Below, in pieces: positions 1-7,150 of a stretch of 35,199 nt of DNA. The notes under the pieces were generated by a model. It saw only the letters and a list, made by a program, of their open reading frames with translations, was not told the origin of the DNA and made no database searches. This stretch comes from a virus. The stretch covers positions 1 to 35,199 of the IMG/VR virus record IMGVR_UViG_3300039008_000097; one strand, written 5' to 3'. The first letter of the stretch is position 1. Every line of letters begins with the position of its first letter. A program made the position numbers and the translations under genes.

Positions 1-141
1 ATCAACCACGTCGCCCATAATGGCGTGTTGGCCTTGGGAGTAAGACCAAAACTGAATAACTGATGTTCCGTTGGTGCCGTGCCTAACCCTAACTGTTCTC
101 ATGGCATTTGGGGTTCCAGTAGCAGACTCCCAGCTTACAAT
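1..141. repeat. Terminal direct repeat, left copy (identical to 35059..35199)
   Basis: Direct base-by-base comparison: 1-141 equals 35059-35199 exactly. This implies a circular or circularly permuted 35,058-bp unit. Confidence 0.95.
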
Positions 142-522
142 CCTATCCTTTGGAACCAGCCCACCAGAAAACCCATCAGCCTGCGAATACTCACCAAACA
201 ACGCCTTTTGCAGGAGGTCGCGGGTTTTCTCCATTGAGTAACCCAAGCCCCAGCACATCGGAGCAAAGCCAAACCTATAGCCCTCCCAATCCAGCGGGTA
301 ATCACCCAACAGGTGGAAAGCATCAATCGTGGTTCCAGTATACGTTTTGCCAATTTGATTGGCCGCACACAAACAGCACTCGTGGTAATCCGTTGTTTTG
401 CGGGCAAACTCTTTTTGCCAATCGTAAAACCCCGCATATTGCCTCAGATGCAGGGTTTGCGCCTTCCTTCTCTGCTTTTCCTCTAGCAGTTGGATATATT
501 CTATCTTCTCTTTTCGGTTCAA
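1..522 (-). CDS. terL: Terminase large subunit, N-terminal part (gene wraps the window ends; 1-141 duplicates 35059-35199)
   Basis: The minus frame that continues ORF 34105..35160 stays open from base 1 up to a TAG at 553-555. My translation gives ...YDWQKEFARKTTDYHECCLCAANQIGKTYTGT..., a Walker A of AANQxGKT type, upstream of the VHIDEEP Walker B in the 3' part. There is no in-frame ATG upstream of Walker A. TTG at 522-520 is the only plausible start and has a weak RBS, so the start is uncertain. The ORF track missed this part because it runs off the window. Confidence 0.85.
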   Translation of the reverse strand, partial: MNRKEKIEYIQLLEEKQRRKAQTLHLRQYAGFYDWQKEFARKTTDYHECCLCAANQIGKTYTGTTIDAFHLLGDYPLDWEGYRFGFAPMCWGLGYSMEKTRDLLQKALFGEYSQADGFSGGLVPKDRIVSWESATGTPNAMRTVRVRHGTNGTSVIQFWSYSQGQHAIMGDVVD

Positions 523-591
523 AAGGAACGCTCGTTCTAATAAATCACTTACCTATACCCCCACTTTCCGGGATTTTTAAGCAACTATGTT

Positions 592-1023
592 CTAATCCTC
601 GCCTCCATTCTGGAGTTGAACTAAACGCCTGTCTAGCTCTTCGTCGCTCATATCGGTGACTCTAAGGTGACCAGAGTGTACCTGCTCCACTCTATCGCCG
701 TACTTCTTGGGTTTTTTCTTGCTGGCAGACCACTTAATCAAATCCGCAGCAACCCTGGCCTGCTGAGGCTCAAGCTTTCCATCCAGCACCTTTTCGGCTA
801 TATCGTCGATTTTATCCTGATCCGCATCCCCTGACTCCTCTTTTGCACGTGCGTATTTATCACAAAAGTCTGGATAAATCCTAAACCACCTAAAAATAGT
901 CTGCGTTGACGGCATATCATCATTACTACGGCATACCTTAGCCATAGAGTTGCCTTCAGATATTAGGGCGCAGAATTTATCGGCCAAGTCTTCGGAGTAG
1001 TCTGTTGGTCTACCCATTGCCAT
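592..1023 (-). CDS. terS: Terminase small subunit (HTH type)
   Basis: N-terminus MAMGRPTDYSEDLADKFCALISEGNSMAKVCR...PSTQTIFRWF...F...YARAKE matches the common small-terminase HTH family as I remember it. It lies immediately upstream of terL. Confidence 0.8.
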   Translation of the reverse strand: MAMGRPTDYSEDLADKFCALISEGNSMAKVCRSNDDMPSTQTIFRWFRIYPDFCDKYARAKEESGDADQDKIDDIAEKVLDGKLEPQQARVAADLIKWSASKKKPKKYGDRVEQVHSGHLRVTDMSDEELDRRLVQLQNGGED

Positions 1024-1028
1024 ATAAC

Positions 1029-1166
1029 TTACCCATTCTTAATGCCTACCATCTCAAACCAAATCCTGTATGCCTCAGATGGGCTGTGTGAGCTTACCAC
1101 TCCAATTCCATCGCCAGAGCACATCCAGACGGATTCCCGTATTTCCTCTATTTTGTAATCAATCAC
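1029..1166 (-). CDS. Hypothetical 45-aa protein (below ORF-track size cutoff)
   Basis: GTG at 1166 is preceded by AAGGAGA four nt upstream. Translation MIDYKIEEIRESVWMCSGDGIGVVSSHSPSEAYRIWFEMVGIKNG. It fills the gap between the 69-aa ORF and terS. Confidence 0.45.
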   Translation of the reverse strand: MIDYKIEEIRESVWMCSGDGIGVVSSHSPSEAYRIWFEMVGIKNG

Positions 1167-1182
1167 AGTATCTCCTTATGTT

Positions 1183-1392
1183 TTAGTGGAACCCTTCAAA
1201 TAAAACAGAAAACCCTTGATCTTTAAGGGTTTTTACCAGTTTTGCTCGGTTGCTAATGGCGCTATTCTTGTCTTTTGAGAAATAAGGGCGACGTATTTCG
1301 TTGAGCTTTGCCATAAATGTAAACACTGGCTCGCCGCGTACCACGCAGTCCGTTATTGGAGTGACCACACACTCCCCGCGCTCTTCGGTCAT
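1183..1392 (-). CDS. Hypothetical protein, 69 aa
   Basis: ORF track. Its ATG overlaps the stop of the upstream 39-aa ORF (ATGA), which suggests translational coupling. Confidence 0.6.
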   Translation of the reverse strand: MTEERGECVVTPITDCVVRGEPVFTFMAKLNEIRRPYFSKDKNSAISNRAKLVKTLKDQGFSVLFEGFH

Positions 1393-1508
1393 TTTTTCTT
1401 CCCCTTCTTTGCGTAGTAGGCTTTGACCTGGCTCTTTTTCATGGTTCGCCCGGTAGGGGATTTGTATTTGCCCTTATCTTTACCCTTGGTGATCTTCTTG
1501 TATGGCAT
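1389..1508 (-). CDS. Hypothetical 39-aa lysine-rich protein (not in ORF track)
   Basis: ATG 1508-1506 overlaps the TAA of the upstream gene (TAATG). Its TGA overlaps the next ATG (ATGA). Translation MPYKKITKGKDKGKYKSPTGRTMKKSQVKAYYAKKGKKK. Confidence 0.5.
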   Translation of the reverse strand: MPYKKITKGKDKGKYKSPTGRTMKKSQVKAYYAKKGKKK

Positions 1509-1834
1509 TAGCAGGCCTCTCCTACTGTGAAGGTGGCGTCATTGCCGAAAAATGTTTTGGGGGTGTTATCAATGTAAGTGCCGCACACAGTCCACTCCCC
1601 AGCCTCTGTAAAATCACCAGCCTGCGTTGTAAATTCCATGTAGGTTGATGCCGCGATTGGGCCGAGATCGGGGTCAGTGACAGGTACAGCAGGGGCAGTC
1701 ACCCTGGGATTCGTTATGGTTGTTTCTATGTTTGATGGGGATACAAACTTAAGGGAAAGTCCTGTGTTTCCACTCATATCAAAGCCGGTGGCGTAACGAA
1801 AGACCTTTCCAACTTCGGTTGCTTTTATGCTCAT
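1508..1834 (-). CDS. Hypothetical beta-rich 108-aa protein downstream of the 902-aa repeat protein
   Basis: ORF track. Tightly packed after the 1838..4546 gene. Composition suggests a small beta-sandwich. No family recognised. Confidence 0.7.
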   Translation of the reverse strand: MSIKATEVGKVFRYATGFDMSGNTGLSLKFVSPSNIETTITNPRVTAPAVPVTDPDLGPIAASTYMEFTTQAGDFTEAGEWTVCGTYIDNTPKTFFGNDATFTVGEAC

Positions 1835-1837
1835 TAC

Positions 1838-4546
1838 TCACCCTTCGAGTGCTTGGCCGTCTTTGAAGATTTTACCTCTAACCAGCAGAGGATCGTCGCT
1901 AATATCACCCATAATACCAAAAGTATCGGAAATCTCACCTTCCACCGATTCCCCTGCGCTCAAAATCTTACCCTTAGTGAGCAAAGGAAGATCATTAATT
2001 TCCCCTAGAGCCCCAAAGGATTCGTCAATATCACCAGTAACTGATTGACCAGAAAGGACTATTTTACCCTTTACTCCTTCCCCTGTCTCATCTATCAGAC
2101 CAACGACAGTGAAGGAAAGATTTGCTCTACCAAAAGCGGCCCGCGTTGTATCTCCCGACTCGTTCTGGATTGCAGCAATACTGGGGAAAGGTTGAATTGA
2201 TGCGCTTGTTGCATCACCAACCTCAAACTGATTAGAAAATAGCCGTCTCCCTGTTTCTGCTTCAATGGCAGCACTTTGGCTGTCCCCGGTCTCAAGAAGA
2301 TTTGCAGCTATCTCGTTTATAGCCCTCAGAGACGATGACTGTATATCGCCAAATTCAACCGCATTAGCAACCAGGTTGGATGGTTGAGATAGATCGGCAG
2401 ACTGGGAATCTCCCGTTTCGAGTTGATTTGCAGAGAATTCTGTGACTAATGACAAAAAAGCTGAAACAGAATCACCCCCCTCTACTACTATTGCGGAAAG
2501 GTTCGCCTTCTGCTCAGCCTCAATGGCTGCGAAGGTTATATCACCTTCTTCAAATAGTCCGGACTGGATACTTCCGATAATGGCTAGTTCAGATAATTGG
2601 CTATCACCGCTTTCAGGAAGAAATGAAGATAATTGCGCCTGGGATGCAAAAGAGGATGTTGTAGCATCTCCCAATTCTAACTGAGAGGCCGATACAGACG
2701 CGGTTTGACTCGTGCTGATAGTGGCGGCCGTTAAGTCTCCATCGTCGCTTTGTGAGGCTGACAGCGCCACCAAGACTTCAAGGGATGCCGAGCTACTATC
2801 CCCTACCTCAGATAAAGACGCAAAAACACCAACAACCGAAAGAAGTTGGGCACTACTGGAATCACCTAACTCTAGTTGGCTCGATGATATTTCGGCTGTC
2901 TGAGCGGTGCTAATTGAAGCCAGGGAAATATCACCAGATTCTGACAAACTACCTGACAGTGAGGTAATAACGCCAAAATCAGACAGTGTGGCGTCACCAA
3001 GCTCCTGCGATGCTGCTGAAATAGCTGAGGGAGACTCTATAGCAGCCCCTGTATTGTCCCCTGACTCAGATGTAGCAGAGGACAAAGAAACCAAGGAAGA
3101 TAGAATAGATGACGTTACATCCCCATCTTCACTCTGAGAGGAACTGAGATTGGCCGCACTCCCGGCATCTTCGAGCGTATCAAGGTTTACTCCCCAGAAC
3201 CCCGCCCATCCCGGCTGAACCTCATATTGGCCGCCGTCCTCACCCCCAGGAAGCTCTTGAACACTTGCGCCTATCTCATCATTGGCAGCAAGAGCCACAA
3301 AGCCCATAAAGTTTGCAGACCAGCCAAATGTGTCCTGTGACCCTTGGTTGTTTCGGGCATAATTCCCGTGAAAAACGTCATTATCTTCGGTGCCGTTGAC
3401 CGTGGGGCGTCCTTGTGCAGTCCATCGGCTTGTTGTTGAAACTATCTCCTGGGCAGCCGATATATTGGCACCTAACAGAGCATCCATGGCAACAACTGCA
3501 TCAAACGCTGTATCACTGGCGCGACTGAATGACGCCGTGTCCTCAATAGTGATTCCGGTAGTTCGGGCAATTGTTTGGTCAACTGGGCCTGTGACATTCA
3601 GATCAATTCCGCCTAAATCATCAACACTGTGAAACACTTCGGCGGAATCATTTAATTCAATGACAACCAGTGTGTGGTCGCCAACAGCGGGCGTTGATCC
3701 GTCAATATCAGCGCCGCCCTGCCCTGCACCAACACCATCACCCCTATAGCAGTTGTGCTCAATCGTAACATCTGCCGTGTCAGTCTCGAACAAGTGGGTG
3801 AACATGTTGCCCGATTCGTCATTTGAGCCGTTCCGATAGTAGGCGTATGATTTGGCGGCGTTCTCCTGGGCACCATCAACATCAATACCCATCCAGCGCT
3901 GCGTTCGACCACCCCGGCCCTCATAAAATTGGCTCCCCAAAACCAAATATCGTTTGTTATCGCCAGCAGCCGTCACCACATCACCAGATCGCGTGATGTT
4001 TGCACCTTCCGCAATAGTTGACCAACTGCTGACAATGTTCGGTGTGACTCCGCCCAAAAGCGCCGAATCAGTTGAGGAGTAAAGACCAATATCTGAGTAA
4101 TAGAACGGGATTACATCAATTGAGCTGCGTACCGTGCCGCCAGTAGGTGTGTCAGCGTCCCGCTTCCACTGAAATTGCAGCACCGATGATGCTGACGGTG
4201 AATCTATGAACGCCCAGCAGGATACATAAGACCTGTCCTCTGATGTATCTCGGTTATAACCGCCGGTCGGGCTTCCTGCGAAATTACCACTTCCAGACGT
4301 TTGAACAAACCGTCCCTGCGGGTTGTGACGTCCGTTACTGGTGTCTTCAAATTCAAAACGCCCGATTACTAGAAAGCCATCGGGTAAATCAGAAGATGGG
4401 AGTGTTAAAGAAGATGACGCAGAAGCAAAGGAATAGGCAGAGCTGTCATTCCGCTGCTCTGTAGGGAATAAATTAGCAGGTGCTGTCCAGGCCGTGGTTG
4501 GCAGAATCGCAACAGAACCGCCTGTCCAGCGGCCCAGAACAGCCAT
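1838..4546 (-). CDS. 902-aa protein: about 465-aa N-terminal region plus 16 ExGD repeats of 21/23 aa plus two ~32-aa C-terminal repeats; possible fibre or beta-solenoid protein
   Basis: Long uninterrupted ORF. All plus-strand ORFs across it are antisense shadows of the repeats (recurrent ISP tripeptides). Repeat structure counted directly from the translation. Confidence 0.9.
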   Translation of the reverse strand: MAVLGRWTGGSVAILPTTAWTAPANLFPTEQRNDSSAYSFASASSSLTLPSSDLPDGFLVIGRFEFEDTSNGRHNPQGRFVQTSGSGNFAGSPTGGYNRDTSEDRSYVSCWAFIDSPSASSVLQFQWKRDADTPTGGTVRSSIDVIPFYYSDIGLYSSTDSALLGGVTPNIVSSWSTIAEGANITRSGDVVTAAGDNKRYLVLGSQFYEGRGGRTQRWMGIDVDGAQENAAKSYAYYRNGSNDESGNMFTHLFETDTADVTIEHNCYRGDGVGAGQGGADIDGSTPAVGDHTLVVIELNDSAEVFHSVDDLGGIDLNVTGPVDQTIARTTGITIEDTASFSRASDTAFDAVVAMDALLGANISAAQEIVSTTSRWTAQGRPTVNGTEDNDVFHGNYARNNQGSQDTFGWSANFMGFVALAANDEIGASVQELPGGEDGGQYEVQPGWAGFWGVNLDTLEDAGSAANLSSSQSEDGDVTSSILSSLVSLSSATSESGDNTGAAIESPSAISAASQELGDATLSDFGVITSLSGSLSESGDISLASISTAQTAEISSSQLELGDSSSAQLLSVVGVFASLSEVGDSSSASLEVLVALSASQSDDGDLTAATISTSQTASVSASQLELGDATTSSFASQAQLSSFLPESGDSQLSELAIIGSIQSGLFEEGDITFAAIEAEQKANLSAIVVEGGDSVSAFLSLVTEFSANQLETGDSQSADLSQPSNLVANAVEFGDIQSSSLRAINEIAANLLETGDSQSAAIEAETGRRLFSNQFEVGDATSASIQPFPSIAAIQNESGDTTRAAFGRANLSFTVVGLIDETGEGVKGKIVLSGQSVTGDIDESFGALGEINDLPLLTKGKILSAGESVEGEISDTFGIMGDISDDPLLVRGKIFKDGQALEG
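1841..3151 (-). repeat. Coding tandem-repeat array (63/69-bp units, degenerate at DNA level)
   Basis: GD cores recur at intervals of 21,21,21,23,21,21,23,21,21,23,21,21,21,23,21 residues between aa 475 and 799. Two longer repeats follow: GDIDESFGALGEINDLPLLTKGKILSAGESVE and GEISDTFGIMGDISDDPLLVRGKIFKDGQALEG. Confidence 0.9.
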
Positions 4547-4548
4547 AA

Positions 4549-4950
4549 TTAAACACCGTCGTCATAAGCGGCAGTATTAACCCAGTTGCCGGACATTTGA
4601 ACGGTTTGGCCAGCCACAATAGACGGGTTGTCAATAGTTACACCGTCACCCCCATCAATCAGGCCAGACTCAAGGAATACAGCCCCGGATGTGTTTAGCT
4701 GGTAATGGCCCGCCGTACCTGTGGCATCTGCGGAACTATCAGCAGTGATTGCATTCGATGTGAGAACTCCGGATGCCGCAGCACCAGCCCAACCACCAGC
4801 ATTTCCGGTCAACTGAGCAAGCAATGTGCCTTGTCCACCCGTACCACCATTAGCCCCTGATCTCACCTGAACCTGTGCGGACGAACCACGCTGCGTACTC
4901 AATTCATCCATCAAAGCGTTTCGTAACGCATCTGTTCTACGGATAGTCAT
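4549..4950 (-). CDS. Hypothetical Gly/Ala/Thr-rich 133-aa protein, immediately upstream of the 902-aa gene
   Basis: ORF track. Only a 2-nt gap to the next gene. It resembles small proteins I recall seeing beside phage fibre genes, but I cannot name a family. Confidence 0.7.
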   Translation of the reverse strand: MTIRRTDALRNALMDELSTQRGSSAQVQVRSGANGGTGGQGTLLAQLTGNAGGWAGAAASGVLTSNAITADSSADATGTAGHYQLNTSGAVFLESGLIDGGDGVTIDNPSIVAGQTVQMSGNWVNTAAYDDGV

Positions 4951-5297
4951 TTTTCAGCTCCCAGTTCAGACAAAGCACGGTTAGCCTCTTCAATTTTGGC
5001 CACATGGGGCTTGAGTTCTTCGATATTATCCAGAGCATACTTATCCCGAACACTATGAAGCCACTCGTAACATTTCGATACCTTAGTGGTATCGTATTCG
5101 TCACCTGTTTCCACCTCAATCCCGGTATCATGCGACTCAAGGGGCTTGGATTCCTTACCATCAACGAAATCAGGGTTGCTCTTTGAGTAGATATGAACCA
5201 CCCAACTCCCCGAACTTCGGTCGATCACCGGGCAAGCAGTAGAGAGGCGATAGTTCCATACCTCTTTAATGTCCACCCCTTTAAATTGCTTGCTCAT
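4947..5297 (-). CDS. Hypothetical protein, 116 aa
   Basis: ORF track. GGAG RBS upstream and a 4-nt overlap with the next gene. Confidence 0.7.
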   Translation of the reverse strand: MSKQFKGVDIKEVWNYRLSTACPVIDRSSGSWVVHIYSKSNPDFVDGKESKPLESHDTGIEVETGDEYDTTKVSKCYEWLHSVRDKYALDNIEELKPHVAKIEEANRALSELGAEK

Positions 5298-5327
5298 GGA
5301 TATAACTCCGGTTTTTGGTGAATGGCT

Positions 5328-5356
5328 ATTTTATCACCTGCCAAGATAATATTGAA
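5328..5356 (-). promoter_or_regulatory. Candidate extended -10 promoter in the 76-bp gap upstream of 4947..5297
   Basis: The minus strand reads TGATAAAAT (TGn + TAAAAT). The -35 (TTCAAT, 17-nt spacer) is weak. This is one of the few sizeable intergenic gaps in the left arm. Confidence 0.25.
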
Positions 5357-5373
5357 TGGCAACGGGCATTTAA

Positions 5374-5673
5374 TCACTCTATTAAAAATTCACATTCAAA
5401 AACGATAACTTCTGGAGGATTCATATAAACTTGCCGCTCAGTGTGCCCCGGCGAAGTCCGACGCAAACACCCCTCGCACCCTTCTCGCCACCCTTCCTTA
5501 TCATCACCAACACCTTTGCACCTGGCAACATCAAAGGGCAACCCTCCACTTACAAACGAATCGTCATCATGCCAACGCTTGCGCCCATCCTCACCCACAT
5601 ACCACTTTCGGGTGATTCCTCGTTCTAAATCTAGTTGAAAACCAAATCCTTTCATCATACTTGTCCACTTCAC
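5374..5673 (-). CDS. Hypothetical Cys-containing protein, 99 aa
   Basis: ORF track. Four Cys residues (ARCKG...GCEGC...FEC) are compatible with metal binding. No family recognised. Confidence 0.6.
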   Translation of the reverse strand: MKWTSMMKGFGFQLDLERGITRKWYVGEDGRKRWHDDDSFVSGGLPFDVARCKGVGDDKEGWREGCEGCLRRTSPGHTERQVYMNPPEVIVFECEFLIE

Positions 5674-5676
5674 GCT

Positions 5677-5859
5677 TTACGGATTAATCACATTAATATT
5701 TGCCATGACTATAAACTCAAAGATCCATGGATCAATACCATCCCCAATTAATCGCCTTTTTGCGGAACTTTCAGCTATTTTGTAGTTATCAGTGCGAACA
5801 TAATATTCAACACTTTTGTACTGTATTTCATTAGGCGGAATAAAGACAACCTTAATCAT
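5677..5859 (-). CDS. Hypothetical protein, 60 aa
   Basis: ORF track. 4-nt overlap with the upstream gene. Confidence 0.5.
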   Translation of the reverse strand: MIKVVFIPPNEIQYKSVEYYVRTDNYKIAESSAKRRLIGDGIDPWIFEFIVMANINVINP

Positions 5860-6074
5860 CCAACCCTCTTGTATTCATAACCAGCGGCCATTTTCTCACC
5901 CTTAATCCAATTGCTTTTCAATCTTCTCTTAATGAACCCTTTCTGCTTTAGTAAATTAAGCGCCTGGCGACTTCCATGCCACTCTTCAATCTCAACCCAA
6001 TATTGACTGGAGATGGAATCAAGGACTTCTTGCTGGTGCTCCGTTAATCCGTTTTCGTTTCTCGCTCTTTTCAA
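5856..6074 (-). CDS. Hypothetical small protein, 72 aa, possible winged-helix
   Basis: ORF track. Abuts the upstream gene. The fold call is a guess from sequence pattern. Confidence 0.55.
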   Translation of the reverse strand: MKRARNENGLTEHQQEVLDSISSQYWVEIEEWHGSRQALNLLKQKGFIKRRLKSNWIKGEKMAAGYEYKRVG

Positions 6075-6410
6075 CTATGTGCTCCCATGCACCCTGGGGT
6101 GCGCTTTTCTAATCCATTCCAGTACACGGCTCCATCCGATCCGTGATTTCCACAGCTTCCCACCTATATAACAATTGTAGCAATCCACCCTGTTCGACCG
6201 TCGCAATTCCATTCTTCGGACTATGGGAGTACCGGTGTCGTAGTCGGTGATTTCGATCACCCTGCGGACTTCTGGTGGCTCCCACATTGGTGGGCGTTCT
6301 TCGGAATTGGCCAGACGTTTACGAGCGCGAGCGGTGACGCAGTTCTGCGCCCACTTTTCCCGCTGCTCTTTTGCTCGTTTTGTCTGCCTGTACATTGTTC
6401 TACCTTGCAC
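6075..6410 (-). CDS. Hypothetical basic protein, 111 aa
   Basis: ORF track. The start could instead be the internal Met at residue 6. Confidence 0.6.
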   Translation of the reverse strand: MQGRTMYRQTKRAKEQREKWAQNCVTARARKRLANSEERPPMWEPPEVRRVIEITDYDTGTPIVRRMELRRSNRVDCYNCYIGGKLWKSRIGWSRVLEWIRKAHPRVHGST

Positions 6411-6429
6411 GGTCTCGTTAATAGAGTGT

Positions 6430-6729
6430 TCAAAAGCCTTTCGTCAGACTCGCATTACCCTCTGTGTACATGCCAATCTTTGCTTTTAAATCTTCTAGCG
6501 AGTATCCAGAATTGGCGCACAACCAAATATCGTCCAGGGCGTCTGCAAGCTGTTGCGCAGTGGCTTTTGAACAACCCGCTGTTGCGGAACTCGCTTGCTT
6601 TTCCATGTCTCGTCGCTCAGCGTCAACGCCGTCGGAAAATCCAATGCGGTACGCCTTGTCTTGGCAAATGCAGCCCGTGGCGTCACACGCTATCCGACCA
6701 CAGTTACCACACTCATGTGCTGTACTCAT
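6430..6729 (-). CDS. Hypothetical protein with Cys-rich N-terminus, 99 aa
   Basis: ORF track. N-terminus ECGNCGRIACDATGCIC. Confidence 0.6.
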   Translation of the reverse strand: MSTAHECGNCGRIACDATGCICQDKAYRIGFSDGVDAERRDMEKQASSATAGCSKATAQQLADALDDIWLCANSGYSLEDLKAKIGMYTEGNASLTKGF

Positions 6730-6754
6730 AATCGCTCGTCCTCAAAGCTAAAGG

Positions 6755-6949
6755 TTATTGGCTTCTCCATGGCATACCCCAGAGCTGCCAAGTTCTATAA
6801 GTAAATGTTGGCTTGGTAAATTCGTCCGCATCAGACAACCACTCAGAAAACCAGACCAACGGCAGAAATAACACACACATGGCTGCAAACATAGAAAGCC
6901 ATGCAACCGCGTAAATCCAAGCAAGTAACAATCTAATCACTACTTTCAT
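6755..6949 (-). CDS. Small membrane protein, 64 aa
   Basis: ORF track. Hydrophobic stretch LLLAWIYAVAWLSMFAAMCVLFLPLVWF. Confidence 0.55.
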   Translation of the reverse strand: MKVVIRLLLAWIYAVAWLSMFAAMCVLFLPLVWFSEWLSDADEFTKPTFTYRTWQLWGMPWRSQ

Positions 6950-7008
6950 CTTTCCTCCAATAACAACTGTTTGAATGCGACGGCGTACCGCCGCGCTTTA
7001 CACACGGG

Positions 7009-7119
7009 TTAGCTGCACTTTATTCCCGCTAGGTCATGGAGGCATTTTTGCGCGCCCATCATGTAGCCAAGAACAGCATCTTCGCCACTGTGTTCGGTTG
7101 TTACAAGTACAGGTTTCAT
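7009..7119 (-). CDS. Hypothetical 36-aa protein (not in ORF track)
   Basis: ATG 7119 has a GAGGAT RBS. Translation MKPVLVTTEHSGEDAVLGYMMGAQKCLHDLAGIKCS. Confidence 0.35.
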   Translation of the reverse strand: MKPVLVTTEHSGEDAVLGYMMGAQKCLHDLAGIKCS

Positions 7120-7150
7120 TGGTTATCCTCATTTAATCCTGATTGATGAT

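Noticed and set aside
135-659. ORF-track entries 135..437 (minus) and 150..659 (plus)
   Set aside because: They overlap the open terL frame that contains a clear Walker A motif. Their translations are low-complexity (Pro/Ser/Arg-rich) and lack an RBS context, so they are frame shadows of terL.
1827-3137. Plus-strand ORFs (1827..2048, 2442..2684, 2712..2903, 2907..3137) with recurring ISP/SPxS peptides, and the idea that the periodic DNA might be a CRISPR-like array
   Set aside because: They are antisense shadows of the ExGD repeats of the 902-aa minus-strand gene. The DNA units are degenerate, contiguous and coding, with no conserved repeat/unique spacer alternation, so this is not CRISPR.
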